NCBI RefSeq assembly: GCF_011386835.1
Contig: NC_088806.1
Location: forward strand, 2,480,001-2,544,000
Reading direction: 5' to 3'
Length of the DNA stretch: 64,000 nt
Source: Chrysemys picta bellii
Taxonomy: Eukaryota
Notes under the pieces: model-generated
Database searches by the model: none
The model's input: only the letters and a program-made list of their open reading frames with translations
Told to the model about the DNA's origin: nothing
Made by a program: the position numbers and the translations under genes
Shown here: positions 57,101 through 64,000 of the stretch, in pieces
How positions within the stretch are numbered: the first letter of the stretch is position 1
How the letters are laid out: the number at the start of each line of letters is the position of its first letter

Positions 57101-60100
57101 GGGGTTGCACGAGGCTTTGCCTCCTTTCCGTAGCCATGCAGAGGCGGGGCAAATCTGGGCACCGTTGCACGGGGGTGGGTGTGCAACGCTTTCAGTGTTT
57201 GCCCTGGGGCTTTGCACACCTGTTGCTGCAAACTACCCTGCAGCGGTGCCGGGAGGGCAGGGAGGGATGGGGTCCCGCCCCCCACGGCTCCCCGGGGATG
57301 CAGGGAGCTCACCAGCAGGGGGCGCCCCTTGTGTCTCCGCAGGAGGACGAAGTCCCGCCCCAAGCCGGGCCGGGGATAACCTCGACCCTGGTGCTGTCGG
57401 TCTTCACAGCTGTGCTGGGGTCCCTGCAGTGCGGGTACAACATCGGTGTGATCAATGCCCCCCAAAAGGTAAGAGACTCCCCCCAACGTGCTTTCCTCTC
57501 TAGGGGGTGCCGGCTCCCACCCGGCCCCAGGACAGGGACTGGCTGGCTCAGGGGGGCGGGGAATGGGGCAGGGGCCTGTCCCCTCTAGGGGGCGCCGGCT
57601 CCCACCCAGCCCCAGGGTGGGGACTGGCTGGCTCAGGGGGGCGGGGAATGGGGCAGGGGCCTGTCCCCTCTAGGGGGCGCCGGCTCCCACCCAGCCCCAG
57701 GGTGGGGACTGGCTGGCTCAGGGGGGCAGGGAATGGGGCCCTCGGCATCACCCCTAAGAAACAGGGAGTGTGAAGCTGAGGGGAGGGGGGCCCAGGGCTG
57801 CAGGTAGGGAGTGAGGGGCACCGGGCAGTGACCCCCTTTTCTCCCCCCACCTCGACCCCTCCCAGATCATCGAGCAGAACTATAACGCCACCTGGCTGGC
57901 GCGGCACAACGCATCCATCGACCTCGCCACGCTCACCACCCTCTGGTCCCTGTCGGTCGCCATCTTCTCCATCGGGGGCATGATCTCCTCCTTCCTGGTG
58001 GGGGTCGTCTCCGAGTGGCTGGGCAGGTAACCCCGCTCTGCCCCCCGCTGGGGGGGGTGCTCTCCCCTGGCAGGCGGGGCTGGCCCCAGGGCGGCACTAG
58101 GGGGCGCTGTGGGGCAGGGGGCTCAGCAGGGGGCGCTCTCCCCTGGCAGGCAGGGCTGGCCCCAGGGCGGCGCTAGGGGGCGCTGTGGGGCAGGGAGTGG
58201 GGCAGGGGCTCAGCTGGGGGCGCTGTGCTGTGGGGAGCGGGATGGGGCAGCCAGGGGGGGCCAGGGCACATGGGGCTGGGGTCCCTGGTTTCTCAGCCTC
58301 TCTCCCCCCCCCCCAGGAAGCGGGCCATGATTATCAATAACGCCCTGGCCTTCCTGGGCGGGGCCCTCATGGGGCTGGCCAAGCTGGGCTGCTCCTACGA
58401 GATGATGATCCTCGGCCGGTTCCTGATTGGTGCCTACTCAGGTAATGGACAGCGCCCGTGGGCCAATCGGATGGCGGGGGCTGGGAGGGAGGAGCTCTGG
58501 GGCCCCGCCCTCTCCCGCGAAGCAGCATGGGGGTGAGGGGTGAGGCCAGGGGGTGGGGGATGGGTGGTGCCATGGGTCGGGGGGGGTGGGGGAACCTGGG
58601 TGGATGGATGGATGGGGTGGTGGATGCTGGGCGATGTAGGGTGCGGGGTGGGGGGTGGGATCTGGGTGGATGAGCAGTGGGTGCTGTGGGGACTGGTTGC
58701 GTGGGGTGCCCCGGGACCTGGGTGAGGGGCCGTCATTGGGTTCTGCATGTCACAGGTACACCCCCACTCCTCCCACCATGACTCAGTCATTAGCATACAA
58801 GCCCCACCTTTTAAAGGGGGCACTGTGTATGCGGGGGAGGGGTCACCACCCTCTGCCTCAACTCCTCCCCACAGACCTAGGGGGCACGCTCCCCCCCACC
58901 CCACCCACACCTCCTACTAATCTGCGGTTCCCCTCTCCTCTCCCCCAGGGCTGGTTTCTGGCTTGGTCCCCATGTACGTGGGTGAAATTTCCCCCACCCA
59001 CCTGCGGGGGGCGCTGGGGACCCTGCACCAACTGGCCCTAGTCATCGGGATCCTCATTGCCCAGGTAACAGGCCCTTGGGGGCGCTGTGCGGCCGGGGGG
59101 GCGGGGGATCGGCCGTGGGCGGGGGGGGCCAGCAGGCGGCGCCGTCCTGAAATCTCTCTCTGTCTCCGCCCCCGGCAGGTGTTCGGGCTGGACTCCCTCC
59201 TCGGCACCCCCGAGCTCTGGCCCCTGCTCCTGGGTCTGACCGTGGCCCCCTCGGCCCTACAGCTGGTCATGTTCCCCTTCTGCCCCGAGAGCCCCCGGTA
59301 CCTCTACATCATCCGCAACAAGGAGTCCAAGGCCAAAGAGAGTGAGTGTCCCGCCGCGGGACCTCTGACGTCCCCATCCGTCCGTCCGTCCATCCATCCG
59401 TCTGTCCATCCCTCCCCTCTTCCGCCTGCCCACCTGTCCTTCCGCCCGTCCATCCGTCCTTCTGTCTGCCCATCGCTCCCCTCTTCCGCCCGCCCATCCT
59501 TCCATCTGTCCATCCATGCCCTCTTCCGCCCACCCACCCGTCCTTCCGTCTGTCCATCCCTCCCCTCTTCCGCCCACCTACCCGTCCTTCCACCCACCCG
59601 TCCTTCCGTCTGTCCATCCATGCCCTCTTCTGCCCACCCACCCGTCCTTCCGTCTGTCCATCCCTCCTCTCTTCCGCCTGCCCACCCGTCCTTCCGTCTG
59701 TCCATCCCTCCCCTCTTCCGCCCGTCCATCCGTCTGTCCATCCCTCCCCTCTTCCGCCCGCCCACCCGTCCTTCCACCCACCCATCCTTCCGTCTGTCCA
59801 TCCCTCCCCTCTTCCGCCCGTCCATCGCTCCCCTCTTCCGCCCGCCCATCCGTCCTCTCTTCCACCCGCCCGTCCTTCCATCTGTCCATCCATCCCCTGT
59901 CCCGCCTGTCCCCATCCGTCCGTCCGTCCATCCGTCTGTCCATCCCTCCCCTCTTCCGCCTGCCCACCCATCCTTCCGTCTGTCCATCCGTCCCCTCTCC
60001 TGCCCGCCCACCCGTCCTTCCGTCTGTCCATCCCTCCCCTCTTCCGCCCGCCCATCTGTCCCCTCTTCCGCCCGCCTGTCCTTCCGTCTGTCCATCCCTT

Positions 60101-63100
60101 CCCTCTTCCGCCCGCCCACCCGTCCTTCCGTCTGTCCATCCCTTCCCTCTTCCGCCCGCCCACCCGTCCTTCTGTCTGTCCGTCCATTCCCTCTTCCGCT
60201 CGCCCACCCGTCCTTCCGTCTGTCCATTCATTCCCTCTCCCGCCCGCCCACCTGTCCTTCCGTCTGTCCATCCCTCCCCTCTTCCCCCCCCACTCGTCCT
60301 TCCATCTGTCCATCCGTCCCCTCTCCCGCCCGCCCACCCATCCATCCATCCTTCCTTCCATCTGTCCATCCATCCCCAATTCCACCCGCCCACCCAATCA
60401 TACGTCTGTCCATCCATCCCTTCTTCCGCCCGCCCACCCACCCACCCGTCCATCTGTCCGTCCATCCCCTCTTCCGCCTACTCATCCGTCCGTCTGTCCA
60501 TCCATCCCCTCTTCTACCCATCTATCTGTCCATCCCTTTATCTATCCACCCACCCATCCAGATAACTAAGTAGTTCTCAACCTATTTACCATTCTGGGCT
60601 GCATCCAGTACTACATCTATGGCCTTGAGAATGTCACATGGGCCGCAGTTCTGTGCTGATTGGGTGGCTAGTGGCCCACGGGCCGCAGTTTGAGAACCAC
60701 TGATCTCTCCCTTCCAAATCCTACTTACCTATCCATTCCTCCATCCATCTGTCCACCCATCCATCCCCTCTTCTTTATCCCTCCATCTCTACCCATCCAT
60801 GACTCATGTATCCAACCCCCTCTATCCACTATCTGTCCATTCCCTTATCTATCCATCCCTCCATCTCCCATCGGTCAATCCATCCATCCACCCACCCATC
60901 CATTGCCCTCTCTACCCATCCATGATTCATGTATCCATCCTTCTGTCCCCATCTATCTACCGATCCATCTAATCCATCCCTCCAACCCATTCATTAATCC
61001 ATCTATCCATCCCCCAATCCATCCATTCATCCGCATCTATCTACCCATCCATCTGTCCATCCCCCTAATCCATCCCTCCATCCCCATCTACCTACCTACC
61101 CATCCATCCCCAACCCATCCATCCATCCCCATCTACCTACCTACCCATCCATCCATCCCCAACCCATCCATCCATCCCCATCTATCTACCTACCCATCCA
61201 TCCATCTCCAACCCATCCATCCCCATCTACCTACCTACCCATCCGTCTACCCCAACCCATCCATCCACCCCATCTATCTACCCATCTCTCGACACCCAAC
61301 CAATCCCTTCATCCCCATCTACCTCCCTACCCATCTGTCCATCCCCCAACCCATCCATCCATACCCAGCCCATCCATCCACCCCATCTATCTACCCATCC
61401 ATCCCTCCATCCCCCTCTACCTACCTACCCATCTGTCCATCCCCCAACCCATCCCTCCCCATCTACCTACCTATCCATCTGTCCATCCCCAACCCATCCC
61501 TCCCTCACCATCTATCTACCCATCCATCCATCCCCAACCCATCCCTCCATCCCCCTCTACCTACCTACTAGGGTGACCAGATGTCCCGATTTTATAGGGA
61601 CAGTCCCGATTTTGGGGTCTTTTTCTCACATAGGTACCTATTACCCCCACCTCCTGTCCCGATTTTTCACACTTGCTATCTGGTCAGCCTACTACCTACC
61701 CATCTGTCCATCCCCCAACCCATCCCTCCCCATCTACCTACCTATCCATCTGTCCATCCCCAACCCATCCCTCCCTCCCCATCTATCTACCTACCCATCC
61801 ATCCACCCCATCTATCTAACCATCTATCTCTCTATCCTCAACCCATCCCTCCATCCCCATCTATCTACCTACCCACCCATCCATCTGTCCATCCCCCAAT
61901 CCATCCCTTCATCCGCATTTACCCATCCGCGTGTCCATCCCCCTAATCCATCCCTCCCTCCCCATCTATCTACCTACTCATATGTCCATCCCCCAAACCC
62001 ATCCCTCCCTCCCCGTCTACCTACCCATCTGTCCATCCTCCAACCCATCCCTCCATCCCCATCTACCTAGCTACCCATCTGTCCATCCCCCAATCCGTCC
62101 CTTCATCCGCATCTATCTACCCATCCGTGTGTCCATCCCACTAATCCATCCCTCCCTCCCCGTCTACCTACCCATCCATCCACCCCCATCTACCTACCCA
62201 TCCATCTGTCCATCCCCCAACCCATCCATCCATTCCCATCTATCTGCCTACCCATCTGTCCATCCTCCAACCCATCCCTCCATCCCCATCTATCTATCCC
62301 TCCATCTGTCCATCTCCCAACCCATCCATCCCCATCTATCTACCTACCAACGCTCCAATCCTTCCATCCCCATGAGCTGTCCCCTCCACCTGTCCATCCC
62401 CCATCCCTCGGTCCATCACCGCTCCATCCATCGCTGTCCCCACACCGGCAGGTTTGAAGCGGCTGACGGGGTGCAGCGATGTGAGCGAGGCCCTGACAGA
62501 GATGAAGGAGGAGAAGCGGCGCATGGACATGGAGCGCAAGGTCTCCATCACCCAGCTCTTCCGCTGCCGGATCTATCGCCAGCCGCTGCTCATCGCTGTG
62601 GTGCTCCAGCTGTCCCAGCAGCTCTCCGGCATCAATGCGGTGAGGGGGGGGCTGGGGCTTGGCTTGAGGAGGAGCCTGGGGAAGATGGGGTGGGGCCTGG
62701 AGATGGGGGTGGAGCTTGGTGGGGGGCGGCTTTGGGGAGGTGGTGGAAGGAACCCAAGGAAATGGGAATGGAGCTAGGTGGCTAGCTGGGGGCGGATCCT
62801 GGGGGGAACTGGGGCGGAGCCTGAGAGGATGGGGGTGGAGCCTGGATGGGAGAGATGGGGATGGAGTTTGCCTGGGGGGTGGGGTCTGGGAGAATTGGGG
62901 CAGAGCCTGGTTGGGAGAGAAGAGGGTGGAGCTTGGGAGAATCAGGGCGGAGCCTGGATGGGAGAGATGGGCGGCGGAATCTGCCTGGGGGGAATGGGGG
63001 CGGAATTTGGCAGGGAGCTTGGTTGGGGGAGGAGCCTGGCAGATGGGGGTGGAGCCTGGGAAGGGAGGAGCCTGGTGGATGGGGTGGAGCCTGAAGGAGA

Positions 63101-64000
63101 AGAGGGAGCAAAGTGAGACCCCATGGGATCTGGGGGGGGGGGTCGCACTTGCGCACTTGGGCCAGCTCTGACCCCCCCCTTCTCTGCCACCCAGATATTC
63201 TATTACTCCACCAGTATCTTTGAGTCAGCCGGGCTGGAGCAGCCGGTGTTCGCCACGATCGGCGCTGGGGCCATCAACGCCGCCTTCACCATTGTCTCGG
63301 TAAGAGATGCCCCCGGCCGGCCAGCCGCCCCTTGGGGGGGGCATCCACACCCCTCCCAAATCTTATTTCTGTCCCCCTTGTCTCTCCCACCCCCCAAAGC
63401 TGTTCCTGGTGGAGCGGGCAGGCCGCCGGACACTGCACCTGGTGGGGCTGGGAGGCATGATGGTTTGTGCCGTGGTGATGACGGTGGCGCTGGTGTATCT
63501 GGTGAGTAGCCGGGCAGCGGGGGCTGAGGGCCGAGGGGCGAGCGGCCGGGGAGCGGGGGCTGAGGGCCGAGGGGTGAGCGGCCGGGGAGCGGGGGCTGAG
63601 AGTCGAGGGGCGAGCGGCCTGCCAGCGGGGGCTGAGAGTTGAGGGGTGAGCGGCCGGGCAGCGGGGGCTGAGGGCCGAGGGGCGAGCGGCCGGGCAGTGG
63701 GGGCTGAGGGCCGAGGGGCGAGCGGCCGGGCAGCGGGGGCTGAGAGTCGAGGGGTGAGCGGCCGGGGAGCGGGGGCTGAGGGGTGAGTGGCCGGGCAGCG
63801 GGGGCTGAGAGTCGAGGGGCGAGCGGCCGGGCAGCGGGGGGCTGAGAGTCGAGGGGCGAGCGGCCGGGGAGCGGGGGGCTGAGAGTCGAGGGGTGAGTGG
63901 CCGGGCAGTGGGGGCTGAGAGTCGAGGGGTGAGCACGGCCATGCAGGTTCTCATCCCAGTCTCTTTCCCCCGCCAGGATCGGGTGCCGGCCATGAGCTAC
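51130..64000 (+). CDS. SLC2A4: Facilitated glucose transporter 4 (GLUT4), 5' part: join(51130-51165,57343-57468,57866-58026,58317-58441,58949-59064,59179-59341,62452-62639,63195-63299,63400-63501,63977->64000)
   Basis: N-terminal FQQI trafficking motif; [24 protein letters not shown] and ERAGRR sugar-porter motifs. The extra intron that splits the GLUT1 exon-4 equivalent (125+116 nt) is GLUT4-type. Synteny with CLDN7. Confidence 0.97.
51190..52250 (+). repeat. ~50-bp G-rich minisatellite at the start of SLC2A4 intron 1
   Basis: GGGGCAGCGTGGGACCATGGGGAGCTGTGGGGAGCGATGGGGG units. Confidence 0.9.
52660..53010 (+). repeat. ~120-bp tandem repeat, 3 copies
   Basis: CGTGTGTCTGATCCATGTTACACAGCGGTGG recurs at about 52681, 52791 and 52900. 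Confidence 0.85.
53051..53820. mobile_element. MITE with an internally expanded GAGACCAGATTTCAC minisatellite
   Basis: Imperfect TIRs GGGCACCACCAAATTCAC / GTGGATTTGGTAGCGCCT; about 20 internal units at 53300-53780. Confidence 0.6.
54330..54770 (+). repeat. ~39-bp degenerate tandem repeat
   Basis: GTCAGGTCTGTGTTACATAGCACATGCGTGTGGTGTC units. Confidence 0.8.
55575..55910 (-). repeat. ~85-bp minisatellite (CCCCTCTAGGGGGCGC family); other copies at 2810-2950, 9905-10060, 34840-34925 and 57495-57740
   Basis: Unit CAGGGACTGGCTGGCTCAGGGGGGCGGGGAATGGGGCAGGGGCCTGTCCCCTCTAGGGGGCGCCGGCTCCC. Confidence 0.9.
56410..56700 (-). repeat. 75-bp minisatellite array in SLC2A4 intron 1
   Basis: About 4 units. 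Confidence 0.9.
57343..57468 (+). CDS. SLC2A4: SLC2A4 exon 2
   Basis: CAG|GAG GAC...[28 protein letters not shown]|GTAAGA. Confidence 0.95.
57866..58026 (+). CDS. SLC2A4: SLC2A4 exon 3
   Basis: [10 protein letters not shown]...[20 protein letters not shown]...WLG; AG|GTAACC; 161 nt. Confidence 0.96.
58317..58441 (+). CDS. SLC2A4: SLC2A4 exon 4
   Basis: KRAMIINN...GRFLIGAYS; G|GTAATG; 125 nt. Confidence 0.96.
58949..59064 (+). CDS. SLC2A4: SLC2A4 exon 5
   Basis: [38 protein letters not shown]|GTAACA; 116 nt. Confidence 0.96.
59179..59341 (+). CDS. SLC2A4: SLC2A4 exon 6
   Basis: VFGLDSLLG...[13 protein letters not shown]...AKE; A|GTGAGT; 163 nt. Confidence 0.96.
59360..62440 (+). repeat. 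Purine/pyrimidine-asymmetric minisatellite (~44 bp) and (CCAT/CTAC)n microsatellite filling SLC2A4 intron 6
   Basis: CCGTCCTTCCGTCTGTCCATCCCTCCCCTCTTCCGCCCGCCCAC units to about 60570, then CCAT-rich sequence. Confidence 0.92.
61569..61691. mobile_element. 123-bp hAT (Blackjack-like) MITE
   Basis: TIR TAGGGTGACCAGAT / ATCTGGTCAGCCTA (1 mismatch); 8-bp TSD CTACCTAC at 61561-61568 and 61692-61699. Confidence 0.85.
62452..62639 (+). CDS. SLC2A4: SLC2A4 exon 7
   Basis: LKRLTG...[11 protein letters not shown]|GTGAGG; 188 nt. Confidence 0.96.
63195..63299 (+). CDS. SLC2A4: SLC2A4 exon 8
   Basis: [13 protein letters not shown]...AFTIVS|GTAAGA; 105 nt. Confidence 0.96.
63400..63501 (+). CDS. SLC2A4: SLC2A4 exon 9
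   Basis: AAG|[14 protein letters not shown]...ALVYL|GTGAGT; 102 nt; uncommon AAG acceptor. Confidence 0.94.
63505..63935 (+). repeat. ~36-bp minisatellite filling SLC2A4 intron 9
   Basis: GGCCGGGCAGCGGGGGCTGAGAGTCGAGGGGCGAGC units. Confidence 0.92.
63977..64000 (+). CDS. SLC2A4: SLC2A4 exon 10 (partial)
   Basis: CAG|DRVPAMSY, cut by the window edge. Confidence 0.92.

Noticed and set aside
58963-60573. 536-aa ORF and overlapping 300-400-aa ORFs on both strands
   Set aside because: Real SLC2A4 exons 5-6 read through into a stop-poor intronic minisatellite

Overview
Vertebrate genomic DNA, most likely turtle (inferred from recognisable turtle-type CR1 tails, Penelope ends and MITE families). 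It is very GC- and repeat-rich and syntenic with human 17p13.1. Four spliced genes can be reconstructed by hand with canonical GT-AG junctions: CTDNEP1/Dullard exons 1-3 (minus strand, runs off the left edge), complete ELP5 (minus, 8 exons, 307 aa), complete CLDN7 (minus, 4 exons, 212 aa) and SLC2A4/GLUT4 exons 1-10 (plus, runs off the right edge). Almost all long six-frame ORFs are artefacts of minisatellites. Main observations: (1) ELP5 lies tandem to CTDNEP1, not head-to-head as in human, and is flanked by oppositely oriented CR1 copies. (2) The dominant dispersed ~75-bp minisatellite is a tandemly amplified MIR/CORE-SINE tRNA-like head. (3) Two other minisatellites carry CTCF-like motifs, with opposite orientations on either side of SLC2A4 exon 2. 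(4) GLUT4 has Cys in place of the conserved sugar-site Phe of SLQFGY. (5) A TG-rich array between CLDN7 and SLC2A4 holds about 70 CAGGTG and about 16 TACGTG motifs. (6) There are nested transposon insertions with intact target-site duplications and a Penelope minimal-hammerhead-like motif. No database searches were run; family assignments and human comparisons come from recalled knowledge.
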